From: Antechinus flavipes
Lineage: Eukaryota
DNA: 64,000 bases
NCBI RefSeq assembly: GCF_016432865.1
Contig: NC_067401.1
Location: 204,786,001-204,850,000 of the forward strand
Reading direction: 5' to 3'
Shown here: one piece after another, positions 24,411 through 49,661 of the stretch
Position numbering within the stretch: the stretch's first letter is position 1
Layout of the letters: the number at the start of each line of letters is the position of its first letter
The notes under the pieces: model-generated
What the model saw: only the letters and a program-made list of their open reading frames with translations
Told to the model about the DNA's origin: nothing
The model's database searches: none
Translations under genes and position numbers: made by a program

Positions 24411-26572
24411 AAAAATAACATAAAATAAGCCATAGATAACATGGTATGTAAAAAGCCAGCCTTGAAGTTAAGACCATCTGAATTGAAATCCTATCTCATA
24501 CATACACTAGGTAAATCACCCAGCTTCTCAAGGTCTCAAGCAATTCCCTAAGACTGTAAGCAATACTGCAGTTACAGTACTGCATTGGCAGTGAATGTTT
24601 CTTTAGTGGGAATTCCCTTACATCATAAATCACAGGTTTAAACCTAAGAAAGTTATGATGTAGCAGTTGGCATTATATTTGAAAAAACAGAGAACCTGAA
24701 GGGTGTATGTGTGCATGTTTGTTATACACATGTTCAACTTGAAGAATGAAACCACTTTAAGGGAATTCATCACTCTATTATTCTGATCAGAACTTGGCTA
24801 AAACACTCACATACATAAACATAGTAATAGCTAACATTTATATAGCCCTACAATGTGCCAGGAGTTATGCTAAGTATTATGCTAACTATTTTACAATCTT
24901 TATAAAACCAGGAAGTAGGTATTGTTATTCCCATTTTAGACATAAGGAAACCGAGGCAAATAGGTTAAGTAACTTATGTAGAGTCACAGACTGGTGTCTA
25001 GATCAGATTTGAACTAAGTAGTTCCTGATTCCAAACCCAATAGTCTATTCACTGGATCAATTAGCTGCCCACAAAAATGTGTGTGTGTGTATCCATATGC
25101 TTTATCTTTGTTTTTGCAATCATTATTTTAGTCTGAAGTCAAAGAAATCAGTTAAATTCTTTTGCTTTGTGTTACCAAAAAAATAGCTATAGTGGGCTCA
25201 ATTCCCCAGTATATTCCATCTTGTTTTAACTAAGAATCTCTTTTATCTTTAATAATTCCTTAACTAGCTTCTGGCAGCAAGAACTGTTTCTACACTTGAA
25301 CTTCTGATTGGAATACTTGTGAATGACAGAAACTATCAAGTTGGCTAGAAGTTAGCAGAGATCATGAAACAGAAAGTTACTGTATTTATCTTTTCCATGT
25401 AATGTAATTCCAAATGTAATTCTATTTGCATTTTTAAAAATGTTACTAAAGCAGTAATATTTGGTACCAAGGTGGGGAAAGAACTAATATTCCAATTCAC
25501 AAAACAAAATGTATGTTATAGATGTTATAATTACTAGACTATAGCCTTCCTGAATAGTGGACTTAGGTCATTACACCATTACTACCCCCACAGACCCCTA
25601 ACTCAATATCTAACATAATCAATGTTAGCAAATAACATAGCATGTATTTGTTGAATCAATAGAAAAATGAATTCATCTCCAAAGTGAATCCACTTACAAA
25701 AAGTACTAAACATTTTTTTTTTTTTGCACTAGAGGAAATGATGTATACAAAACACTGTACTAAGTAGTTATAAAAATATTTAATAAAATTAATGTAAAAA
25801 CAAGAGGTGATATGTAAAACCATAACTTTCTTCTACCACTCATCCTACTCTTCTTTATTTTACATCTCCCACAGCACCTAGCAAAGCAAACAATGTAATG
25901 AATGCTTAATGAGTAAATAAATGCAGTGTCTACTTTCCTGAGAACTCGCATGTCACTATTAGATAGCCCATGTAAAAAAAAGTTTGGAATTTGAACTATA
26001 AAGCAACAATTATTGCAACCCATGGCAACACTATCACATTTTCACCCTTAATCCTTTAAGAACATTACAAATATGATTATTTTATTAACTCAAACCAATT
26101 CCTAATTTTTAAAGAATTAAGTCTGAATCAAGCAATCCAAAATTGAAAAATCTGACAATACACTAGCAGGATGCCAAAGTAAAATAATGATTAAAATAAT
26201 AAATTATAGCACAGAAAGAGAATTGGACAGGAGTCATGATATATCTAAATCTGATACAATACTGTGTGACCTGAACAATAACTACTTGTGTGATCTTAGA
26301 CAAGATGTTTCCCATTCTGGACCTCAGTAAGACACCAACTAGCAATGACAGTAATAAACCAATTCCTCCTGAAGATATAATTCTATATTATCGGCCTCTA
26401 TCAAAAAAAGGACAATGCTTCACAATTAAAATAATCAAAAGTGCTTATTACTTTTTCAACAGTTGAAAAAAGAAAAAAAATCCAAACAATATACTTATTT
26501 TTAAATAAAGATTTCATTCAAATGTCAATCAATGGTACCGAATTAACATCTACTATAAATTTTAACATAACT

Positions 26573-26578
26573 TTTATT
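26573..26578 (-). terminator. MRPS10: Candidate polyadenylation signal (AATAAA) of MRPS10
   Basis: tttatt on the + strand, about 220 nt past the stop codon; use not verified. Confidence 0.45.
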
Positions 26579-26797
26579 GTGCAATAGTTTGAAAAGTTTG
26601 CTCAATGACCTAAAAGCAGGACCTAAGATAATAAAGGCTATGAATAACTTTAAAAGATGCCTTTACACTGTAGTTCATTACACCAAAGTTAAATTTCCTA
26701 ATATCAAGAAAAAAGCAGATAAAGATTTTTTTAAAAACTGCTAATCATTTGTGACATGGATGTGTCCATTTTAAAACTGGATGTAGAGAGATTATCT

Positions 26798-38622
<11,825 letters not shown>

Positions 38623-39594
38623 CTTTGCCGCCCGACGCCTCCCTTGTGCGTCACTTCCTGGGGCCGGATTTCGTCTTCCGTAACCATAGAGTTTTCCTCT
38701 CATAGAAAGAAGGTCCGTCGAAATTCGAGTCGTTCTCAATGAAAGGATCATAGAGACAGGACTCCCGGCGTTTTTACATAAGAGGGCGGGACTAGTGAGA
38801 AGTTCTCCCTCTCTTTAACCCCTTGAAAATCACTTTCAGTTACCAGATACAAGTGCGAGTCTTCGCTTTGCTACTTTTATTAGCCCAGTGACGTTGAGAA
38901 AAATAACTTCTTTCCAAGGGAGACTTTAATTCCTGCCAGGAGAGGAAGCAGGAAGTTGGAGGCAAAAGCCGCCAGTTTCCTCTCAGAGAAAGGTAGTCCC
39001 AGCCTGGCGCTCTTAGATTCCCTTAAATACTGTCAGATTGACGCTGACTTCTGATAGCTCTTTCAGTATTGGGGACGAAGGATCTTCAAGGATCCAAGAC
39101 TTGATCCTTTCCATCCAAATTTCAATTCTACAATGAACACATATACCACTTAGCCAAGGAAACCCGTTTATCCAAATTAGCAGCCCACAGAGTCAGAAAG
39201 GGTACGCCAGGTAGTACAAAGTGAAGGAGCAAGTCCAACATCTCACCCAAAGAGAAATTCTCCAAAGTCTCCAGTGTAGCAAGCTGAGGATGGGACATAA
39301 TGGAGACTACCAGCTTCTCTCAGGTCGACTTCTTTCCGGATTTTTTTCCTTCAACAGCCTAAAGGAAAGTCTGGAAAGCCGAAAATATCTGAAAGACCCA
39401 AAACTTGAAGAGAGCTGGAAGAAAAAGAAAAGAGCTCTTGCCCCTCACAGCACAGAACAATGATCTCCAAGAGTTCAGTGCTAATGGACTTTGAGATTAG
39501 GGTTATGTACAAAATATTTTTGAAAGTAACATAAACTAATTTGATTAGAAAGTGAATCTCTTGATGAGAAGCAACTCTTAGTTCGAAATAAACA

Positions 39595-40130
39595 TGTAAT
39601 AAATTCACAGTGGCCATTCTCTTTGCCAAGAGGTAGTTTGTTTAGGAGAAGTTAACAGACAAAATGAGGAGGTAAAATAGACAGTAGGAATGGTAAATAT
39701 GAAATGGATTTGGGAGAGCAATTGGGTTACCAAGGAAAGAAGTTTGAAGAATCCATCCCATGAAGATTGGGAATGCCATTGACTGGCAGCCTGAATCCAT
39801 AGAAGAGTTTAGAAGACTAACCAGTTAGCTATAGTAAGGAGAAAGATACCATTAGAGAAAAAGCACTAGGAGGAGGTCGAGAGAATACCTTATAGTGGAC
39901 TTAATCTTGGAAAGGACTTAGCAAAGATCTTCATCCTAGGCACTTCTTTCATATGGGAAATACAACTTTGGGGGGTTTTCAGGGAAGGAGAGAAAGTACC
40001 CGGGAAGAATATGGTAATTCAGAGGTAAGGATAAAGGAGGAGCCAGATGGAATACAACTGGCAGACAAGGTCAAAGATTGTTTTTAAAATGCCCAGAGAT
40101 TTGAGGGATACACAATGGAAGTTGATAAAG
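39595..40130 (-). mobile_element. Solo LTR, same family as 46765-47439
   Basis: 39602-39622 is the exact reverse complement of 47412-47432; a second shared block is gaaaaccccccaaagttgtatttccc. Far boundary approximate. Confidence 0.65.
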
Positions 40131-40142
40131 AGTTCCATTCTT

Positions 40143-40305
40143 AGGGGCAGCTAGGTTGTGCAGTGGATAGAGCACTAACTCTGAAGTTCGGAGGACCTGA
40201 GTTCAAATTTGACCTCAGACACTTAACATTTCCTAGCTATGTGACCCTAGGCAAGTCACTTAACACCAATTGCCTCAGAAAAAAAAAAAAAAAAAAAAAA
40301 AAAAA
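40143..40305 (+). mobile_element. WSINE1-type SINE
   Basis: aggggcagctaggttgtgcagtggatagagcac...gcctcag plus long A tail. Confidence 0.92.
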
Positions 40306-41029
40306 CCTAGCTCCATTCTGTACAAACAGGATAGTCTGGGATTTGATTATTCCTGATAATAGCAGATGGGCTTCTTCTTAACAAGAGAAAAGAGTAAGGT
40401 CAAAGGCCATATCAATTTGAGTTATGATTGTAAGATTATGTATTATAGAAGGAAGGTTGAAAAGGAAGTATATTCCAGACACAGTACTACTTATGCAAAG
40501 GTTGGGGAGTTGGGTGACAGGGAAGTAGAAGCAGATTAAATGTGCTGTATAGAAACTAGTTTCAGATTAGTTATCTTCAAATAGAGAGTATGCAGAGGAA
40601 TAATACGAAATAAGACTAGAAAGGTAGGTGGGATCCAGATCAAATAGAGAACTTTAGATTACATTTAGATATATTTAGCAATAAGTGACTCTGGAATATT
40701 TTTAAGTTAAGTGATCAGGGTTGTTTTTAGGAATACCAGTTGGCAACTGTGTAGAAGATGGTTTCAAGATTAAAAAAAAAAAAAAAAGGGAAAACTATAA
40801 TTGAGTAGATACATTGGAAATATTAATATTGGGTAGCATGCCAGGATTGGCATGTGATGGCAGGTAGTTATTTAAGGTCATCAGGATCCCATATGGGGTT
40901 CTTCTGGCCCTCAGATCAAAGCTACTAGTCCTCCCTAAACACCATATACATCCCCAACTGACATGTAGGAAGTGCTTTAGAAATATTCTTTCTTTTTCTT
41001 CCTTCCTTCCTTTTATAGTACACAGGAGA

Positions 41030-41885
41030 AAGTAGTAGCAGAGATCTATCTACACAACAGCCAGATTCTGAAAGTAGAGCTGGAAAAATAAATAAAAGTG
41101 GCTTTATTTCTTTTATTGATATTTATTTTACTGATGGTTAAGAAACATTTTGAGACTAGAAATAACCAAGATGCATACTCAGAAGAAGAAAATAATTATA
41201 CAATATCTACAAGAAAAGTCTGAAGAACACAGATTTACCATAAGCTCTAATAGAATAGGAAAAAAACAAAGCAAAAGGTTTTTTAAAATATTACAAACAA
41301 AATGAGAATTCAATAGAAAAGAATAGATAAGGAAATGAGAGTGCTATAGGAAATAATGGGAAATAAAGACTAGCAAGTTAGTAAAGGGAGTGCAAAACTT
41401 TACTAAAGTAATAGACCCCTTGAAAATTAGACCAACTAGACAAGAATCTGTGAAACAGGAAATACTAAAACAAAATTTTAAAACTGTAAATATGGAAAGA
41501 AGGGGAAAAGGGATGAAGAAAGAAAGAGAAGGGAAAAAGAGAAGGAAGAATAAGCTTTTATTGCCTACTCTAGATCAAACACTGTGCTAAGTGCTTTACA
41601 AATATATCATTTTGAAGAAGAAAATATAGTTATCTCCTATCAAAACTACTCACTAGGAAAACAGGTAAGATAATCTAAGAATCATTGGCAAACTTTAAGG
41701 ATCATAAACATAAAAAAAGCCAAGTAATGTATGTTAGGAAATCATGAATGATAAGTGTCCAGATTTATTAGAACCAGAAGACAAGGAGAAAATAAAAAGA
41801 ATCTAAAAGTCATCTCCTGAAAGAAACCCCTAATAGAAAACTCTCAGGATGACAGTCACAAATTCAGAACTTCCTAGTCAAATCA
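41030..41885 (+). mobile_element. Old L1 5'/ORF1 remnant
   Basis: A-rich, ORF1-like pieces (gataatctaagaatcattgg, ccagatttattagaaccagaagac, catctcctgaaagaaacccc). Confidence 0.6.
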
Positions 41886-42499
41886 TAGAGGGTAAAAACA
41901 GAAAGAAAAAAAGAGTACTAATGAGTCATAGGATGATGTAAGCACCGGAGCTGTTACTGTAGTACGAGTAAAAGATGATGGGAGACATGTTATAGAATTT
42001 GTAGGTTGATAAGCCTTAATAACTAATTGAATATAAGAATTAGTTAGATAAAAGAAATGGAGATAACTCAAAGGTTTTGAATCTTAAGATGACTAACAGA
42101 ATTAGTGGAGTTGGGAGGAAAATTAAGTGTAGGATACTTGTTGCCTTGTTGATATTATATTGATGATGGATAGTTGAAAATTGGTGATTCATAGTGAGTT
42201 TATACAATTGAGCTGTATATACCCTTTAAATGTGACTATTTGTAGACAGAAGGAGAAAGCTGAGAAACAAAGGAAACAATTTGATTCCCTGGAAGGAGGC
42301 TAAGTAACCACACAGGCTTTCTAGGAGCCATGTGTCTCCATGAATAGCAGCAGGGATAATAGCAAAACAGAAAGAAATTGCTAAGATAAGTTAGAAGCTG
42401 CAGAACCCTAAACCAGCAGCACTGAAGTAGTTCAACTACTGAGAAACCTCCATATTTAAATCCAGAAAAGGTATTCTGAATCACTATTGATCAGAGAAA

Positions 42500-42740
42500 A
42501 TAAATTAAGACAATTCTGAGATACCATTATACTCCTCTCAGATTGACTAAGATGACAGGAAAAGATAAAGAAGGAAGTTGGAGGGGATGGGGGAAAACTG
42601 GGACACTAATATATTGTTGATGGAGTTGTGAACTGACCAATCATTTTGGAGAACAATTTGAAACTATGCCCAAAGGGCTATCAAACTGTGCATACTCTTT
42701 GATCCAGCAGTGTCTCTACTGGGCTTGTATTATCCCAAAG
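42500..42740 (+). mobile_element. L1 ORF2 3' fragment
   Basis: attctgagataccatta...ctatgcccaaagggctatcaaactgtgcatactctttgatccagcagtg. Confidence 0.85.
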
Positions 42741-44029
42741 AGATCTTATTGGCACCATGATATCCTTGGTTCTAGTTCTGGCTCTGCTCTTTATTCATGT
42801 GACCCTGAAAAAGTCATTTCTCTGACTCTTTCAAATATTATCAGTCTTCTTACTCTTTGTTTCTTCTATGTACTCTGCAATCTAGCTATACTGGTTTACT
42901 TGTAGTTCTTCAAACAGGACAGTCTATTTGTCATCTTTATATCTTTGTACAGACTGCCCTGCCCCTCAAGACTTAGATTTAATCCTAACTTCTGCAAAAA
43001 GCTTTCCTTGTCCCCTCAACTGTTAATAATAACTAGTATTTATATAGTACCTTTACAAATACCATCTCATTTGATCCTCACAACTAGAGATGGGGACTAT
43101 TATTATCTCCATTTTACAGGTGAGGAAACTGAGGCAAATAGTGATTAAGTAATTTACCCAGGTCATACAGCTAGTAAATATCTAAAACTGGATTGGAACT
43201 CAAGTATTTTTTACTTTACTCTGCACAACCTCATTTTTTTCCCTTCTGAGATAATGTTACCTCCATCTAATCTTTATATACCTTGTATGTATCTAGTTAT
43301 TCACATGTTCTCTCTTCCATTATAATGTCAGCATCTCAAGGACAAGGGCTGATTTTGTCTTTCTTCACATCCCTTAGTATATTGACTGGAACATAAAAAT
43401 AACATGATAAATGAATGAATGAATAGATAATAAATAATGTTTGTTGGTTGACACATAGCAAGCATGCTTGATTATTAAACTGATTTCATTTTCTAGGATT
43501 CAGTTTATTATGTAAAATGGAATTGTATACGCACGGTGCTTTTCTCCACAAGAGTTCCTGCTTCATAGCTGCAGAAGAGATGAAAAGACAAATAGATATA
43601 AATGAGGACAGTCACTTTAGTCATGCATGATGCAATCTTAACTTACATCTCTAGATGGCACTCCAGCCCTGAACTATCAACACAGGTTTCTCCACAGCTA
43701 TTAATGGACTTTATCTTATTCTCCTTTCATACTGTACATGCTGTTGGCTGCCTGCGTCTTCAAGCTTTCAACCTGTTTTCTTCAGCTCTCCTTCAATGTC
43801 ATCCAATCTGACATAAAATATGAAAATAACTAACAATAATTATAACTTATTTGCCTTCTTTTGACTCCAGCCCCTCAGAGTTATAATCTTTCCATTTTCA
43901 AGTAACTAGAAAGGATTATTCATTCACTTATAAATTAAATGTATGTTCCTTTGACTCCCCCTCATATGTAAGGATTGTGCCTGGCTTTCTAATGTAACTT
44001 GTATTTGGCTTTGAAAAAATTAAAAATTA

Positions 44030-44251
44030 GTTGGCTTAGTGGATAGAGTGCTGAATCTGGAATCAGGAAGAGCCAAGTTAAAATCCAGCCTCAAACACTT
44101 ACTAGTTATGTGAGTCTGGGCAAGCACTGTTTGCCTCAATTTTTCCATCTATAAAATGAGTTAGAGAAGGAAATGGCAAACTACTCCAGTGTTATTGCCA
44201 AGAAAACCCCAAATTGGATCACAAGTGGACATGACTGAAACTACTGAACAA
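44030..44251 (+). mobile_element. CORE-SINE (Mar1-like)
   Basis: gtggatagagtgctg...gagaaggaaatggcaaactactccagt...gacatgactgaaac. Confidence 0.85.
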
Positions 44252-44389
44252 TAGCTTACTATCTCTCCCTTCCAACTTTCCCTTCTCATTGCGGGGAATC
44301 CTTAGTAACAAATATACATTGTTAAACCATTTCCCTCTAAAAACATATATTTCATTCTGTACCTTGAGTCTATTACTTCTCTGACAAAA

Positions 44390-45080
44390 GGAAGACAGTA
44401 TATATTACCAATAGTCCTTTGGAATTGTGGTTGGCCATTATACTAACTAGAGTACACAAAACTAAAAGTTGTCTTTACAATTTGTTGTTATTGTATAAAT
44501 TATTCCCCTGATTTTGTTTATTTGCCTCTTTATCGATTCAATATAAGTCTTCATGGGTTTCTCTAAACCATCTCTTTCATAATTTCTTATAACAAAATAT
44601 TCTACTGACAAATATTTATTTGTTCAGCTCTTCCACAACTAATGGGCACCAACTTAATGTCCAGTTCTTTGTTACCACAAAAAAGATTGCTATAAATAGT
44701 TTTGTACATATGGGCCCCTTTCTTCTTTCTTTGATTTCTTTGAGGTAAGTAGTGTTTGGAATATTTGGAGTATTGCTGGGTCAAATGACTTTAGGGCTAT
44801 AGTTTCAAAATGATTTGCAGATGAATTGAAGCTATTCAGAGTTCCATATAATACATCAATGTGCCTATTTTTCTTTAGCCCCTCTAATATTGGTCATTTT
44901 TCTTTTTTTTCATCTTTGCTAATCTTATGGGTGTGGAGTTGCTTCGTAGTTGCTTTAATTTGAAATTCTTTATTAGTGACTTGGAATGATTTTTTTCTTA
45001 TACCTATTGAGCTAGATTTCTTCATTTGAAAATTGCTTGTTCAGATCCTTTCACTATCAGTAAGGGAATGTGTATTTGGC
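44390..45080 (-). mobile_element. Old L1 3' fragment
   Basis: aatgggcaccaactta..ccagttctttgttaccacaaaaaagattgctataaata (reverse of L1 ORF2 end). Confidence 0.7.
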
Positions 45081-46659
45081 TTTTGTGCCAGCACATTCAC
45101 AAATCATATTGGTGGGGGGAATCATCTGTCAAGCATTTTTTGAGGGGGGACATCAGTGCTGGAATGGAATTCTCAGTTGACCAGAATCACCTCATACTCT
45201 TTTTTCATGGTAGTGATCAGCCATCCAGCATCTTGTAGAGATCTGTTTTTATTCTCTGTCTGATGGCCAGGTGAAAACTAGAACTTAATAGGTCGGTGGG
45301 ATGGTCACTTTGAGGTTCCATGGTAAGAAAAGGTAATCTCCAGATGTTGCTGCTAGATCTGGGTTTGGGGAAGGGAAGGGCTATGCTCCAGTAGATTGTG
45401 TAGAGCAACAATTACTATTGTAAATTTACTCCCTATCCATGTTACATTTCTCCCTGGCCCATTTCCTATGAAGCAGATGACTGGCTCTCTTTGCTTTTAA
45501 ATGTCCCACAAGAGAACAAAATAAAACCACTTTTGGCAGCTGCCTTTCATTAAAATGGTGCAGTCAATTCAGCCCCAAAGGTGATGTTCACTCTTTTGTC
45601 ACTTTCAGGACAGGAACACTACTGGGGTGGGGGGGAAGACCAGCAGGAGTTACAGAAGTAAATAACAACTGCCCTTCAGATTTCAGAGCGCAGATCTTAA
45701 GAAGAAAGGTAAAAATTAGATGACAGAATATTAGCAGTCACACCTTCAAGGTGTCATTCCTATCTACTATAATTTTCCATTTTCTGAAGTCTGGGAGAAT
45801 GGAGCTAAGGTGTAAATGAAAACTGGAAATGATTAATAAAACCTCTTTTAAGTTCCCTGTATTTGTAGACAAAATGGAAATTGATGATATCTAAGATGTT
45901 CTTTCCCCCTCCAGCAATGACATGTAATAAATAGTTTAGTGTGGTGGAAAAAGTCACACTGAGAATCAGACCCCCAGAATTCTAATCCCAGATCTGTCAA
46001 TTATTAGCTATGTAAACTTGGACAAGTCATTTCTCCTCTTAGGGCTTCAATTTCTTCTTCTATAAAAAGTGTGGATTGGACTAGATAATCTCTAACCAAA
46101 AGTAGCCTATTATGTACCAGACTGCTGGACAATGGAGATAAGGATACAAAAAATGTAGCAGTCCATACTCTCAAGGAGTACACATTCTCTCCAAAGTCCC
46201 CTCTAGCTGGACTTTGACCTTATGTCTCTTAGCTCTGATGAGTATTTGCCCTATCTTACTCAAATCCCCAGGCCATTAACTGAAATGTTGCCACTAGCCC
46301 CATTCATCTTCTCTTTATTTCCCATTAGAATGAAATTCATTGAAGTCCTGTTTCTTTGTATTTATATCCCTAGTATCTGGCAATATGTGCTTAATAAATC
46401 TTTTCCCTCTCCCTCTCTCCCTACTCCTCTTCCTCCTTCTGTTTCTGCCTCTGTATTTGTCCCTTCTCTTTCTCTCCATCCAGCTCTGACATTATAGAAT
46501 TATAACAACTTGACAACTAAATCAGAAGTGATTCCCACATTGTACATCAGTTACATCTAGATAAGATATAATCATCTAATTTTTTTTGGAGGGGATTGGA
46601 AGAATACCATTTGGTCCTTACCATTTTCAATGCCTTCTAACTCTCTTCTTATAGAAAGT

Positions 46660-46660
<1 letters not shown>

Positions 46661-46700
<40 letters not shown>
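46661..46700. repeat. (GT)20 microsatellite
   Basis: Perfect dinucleotide run. Confidence 0.97.
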
Positions 46701-46704
<4 letters not shown>

Positions 46705-46764
46705 AATGTGACTTACTCTCTTCCCCTGTAAAAAAAACAACCAAATTCTGTTCCTACAGAATAA

Positions 46765-47374
46765 TGTGAAGAGTCTATTGTTAATTCACCCATCTAGTTA
46801 GCATCTTCAAAGACATTCAAAATGCCTTTGAGACAACTTTGATGAAACAGCCTTCTCAGACTATCTAGGAAGGCACTCTATCAATGCCCCCCCACCAATC
46901 CCATCGTCCATCCCCCAACCTCTGGGTATTTTCAAACAACCTTTGGAAATACTAACATATCTTTAGACAGGTCTGAGACCTGCCCCACCAGGTAGATTTC
47001 TATCCAACTCCTGACCCTTCCCTCTTGAGTTCGAGCCTTTACTTCTCTGAGAAACCCCCAAAGCTGTATTCCCCTATAAAGGATTTGCTTATGATGAAGA
47101 TCTTTACTAAGTTCTCTTCAGGACTAAGCCTGCTATGAAATATTCTCTTTTCCTCATAGTGTCTTCTCTAATGGTACCATTCTCTTTGCTCTAGCTAACT
47201 CTGGTCAGTCTAATATGCCAGTCAAAAGCTTTTTCCACCTCATGGAGTATTTTCTTTCTCCTGGTTAGTTGTGAATTCCCCTGGGGAATGGATCTTTTTC
47301 CTTGCTAACTATATGTTCTCCCAACTCTATTTCATATTTGCTATTCCTGGCGAATATTGCATCCCTTCATTTGT

Positions 47375-47411
<37 letters not shown>

Positions 47412-47439
47412 AGAGAATGGCCACTGTGAATTTGTAGCA
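46765..47439 (+). mobile_element. Solo LTR with internal (AT)16
   Basis: TG...CA ends, cctataaa near 47073, shared blocks with 39595-40130; no TSD seen. Confidence 0.65.
47377..47408. repeat. (AT)16 microsatellite
   Basis: Perfect dinucleotide run. Confidence 0.97.
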
Positions 47440-47842
47440 TGTTTATTTATACTAGGTATTGCTACCATAACCCTATTATATGCACACATGCATTTACACA
47501 TCTATGTATGTATATACACACATAGACATGTATATGTGTATATATTAATGTAAAGCTTCTCCCCATCTGAAAGTCTTTTGTTATCTCTCATTTCTTCCCC
47601 AAATCTCCTTTTGCTATGAAGTTGGTCAGTATTATAAAGTATGTGTTGATTGAAGATGGAAGTCAAAGTTCTTCATCATCTTTATGGTGGTCTTTTTGCC
47701 AATACTAACCACAAGCCCTACAAATGGAGATGAGTGACTATTCCATGAAATTATAGTTCTTGTTGATGTGGGCTCTGCATCAAAATGATGTGGATTTGTA
47801 GGCACTGGATGATGGTAAACAACAAAAGTTGGGGTTCAGTCA

Positions 47843-48290
47843 TGTGAAGAATTCACAACGGCCATTCTCTTTGGCAAAACAGATTTATTTAGGGAGGAGA
47901 TTACAGATAAAATGAATGGGTACAATAAACACTAGAATGCAACTATGGAATAGAGTTGGGGGGTTAGGAGATACCATGTGGCATGGGGGAGGGTTAAGGA
48001 GAAAGACACCACAAGGCAGAGTATCATGGTAAACTTATCAAAAGAAAGGCAGCAAGTATGGTATGGCTACAACTAGATTTTATAAGGAAAATTTAAACTC
48101 AGGGATATGATTGGGATCTCTGACAGGATATTGCAAGGTGAGACTCCTTGAGACCCCTACAAGGATTTGACATAACTTAGATTTCTGACTGGATGATCTC
48201 TCTGAAAGATGGGACCACAGAACTAAACTGATCTCTATCAGTGCCTTCTCCCTGGCTGCCTCAGGGATCAATTCTTCAATTTCTTTCTGC
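47843..48290 (-). mobile_element. LTR related to the 46765-47439 family
   Basis: Minus strand ends aataaatctgttttgccaaagagaatggccgttgtgaattcttcaca; far boundary approximate. Confidence 0.6.
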
Positions 48291-48944
48291 TAACTACACC
48301 TAATATCCAGGATCTTATCGTTGTTGCCTTCAGATATAGAAGAAAACAATCTATTCCAATTTTTTTTATTTGTGTCTCCAAGGAGAACCCCTGAATCACC
48401 TTTCTGTTTATTTGTATTCCTTCTTGTCTTATGGCTTCAAGTATATAAAAAAGCCAAGATAAATCTAATTTAGCCCTATATGTTTTTTCATTGGTTATTG
48501 GACAAGAATTTCACATTTAGATATTAAACAGCCATGTTAACATTTACAAATTGTGTAAAAACTGATTCTTAGTATCCTTTTTCCTCCTTTTCTCCAATCA
48601 GTCAATAAGCACTTGTTAAGTACTGACCATGTGTCAGGCACTCTGCTAAGCTCTGGGGATACAAAGAAAGGCAAAAAGATAGATCCTGCCCTTAAAGAAC
48701 CCATTATCTAATTGTATACACAACACACAATACACAATAGTTCACAAACAAAATATATTTTATATACATATATACATGTGTCTACATATATATATATATA
48801 TATATGTATTCATACACACATAAATGCGTGTATGTATGTGTATAACTTGGAAATAGTCCAGAGGAAAGTTAATAAAAAGAAGTCAGGAGACTATCATTGA
48901 AGAAAACAGAAAGCCCTATGGGATTAATGGATATTATGTTTTTT

Positions 48945-49125
48945 TGTTTGTTACATAGTTAAAAAGTTCATCACAAAGTAGCCAGATTACTACCTGCCAT
49001 CTAGGGGAGGGGGGTGGGGAGAAGGAAGGGAAAATTTGGAACAGAAGATTTTGCAAGCATCAGTGTTGAAAAATTACCCATGCATATGTTTTGTAAATAA
49101 AAAAGCTATAATAATAATAAAAAAG
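48945..49125 (+). mobile_element. L1 3' tail
   Basis: gccatctaggggagggggtgggg...aaatttggaacagaag...aataaaaaagct. Confidence 0.8.
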
Positions 49126-49661
49126 TGTGATGTTCTCTTCTTTATAATATAATGGTTCTCTCTGGAAGTAGGTTTCTTAGGGAGGTTTTCTGGAGGCAGC
49201 CTTAGTTTCAGTTCAGAGTAATAATCACCTCAAAATGCAGCCAGTGGATAAAATCCAAATGTTTATTTTCTCCTTCTAAAATAGCCAGGTTAGTTTTTTT
49301 TTAGAGGCTTATTTTTCTGCTTGGTTCCAAGAGTTCTTGCAGTTTGTCCTTTGCCTCTGCCAGCTTTGGCTTCTCTTCTTCCAAATATCTCCAGCCTGCA
49401 GCACCAAGGTGAAAGTTGGAATGAATCTGTCTTGCCTCCCAGAGTGCCCTGTGTCTGGTCCTAAGAGTTTCTTGCTTATATGAGCTCTCTAAAGGTGTGA
49501 ACACAAACATTGTTTCTATCAGTTCCACTTAGTACCTTGTCTCAAGTTCTGGCCCATAACATCTCCTTGTACGATCAGATCAATCATACTGAACGATGCT
49601 AAATTAGAGAATTATTGTCCTATCAACTCTAATGAGTTAATAGCTTGTAAGGATTCTAACA
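49126..49661 (-). mobile_element. Solo LTR (536 bp) with perfect 6-bp TSD
   Basis: TG...CA termini; TSD aaaaag at 49120-49125 and 49662-49667; minus-strand AATAAA at 49262-49267. Confidence 0.88.
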
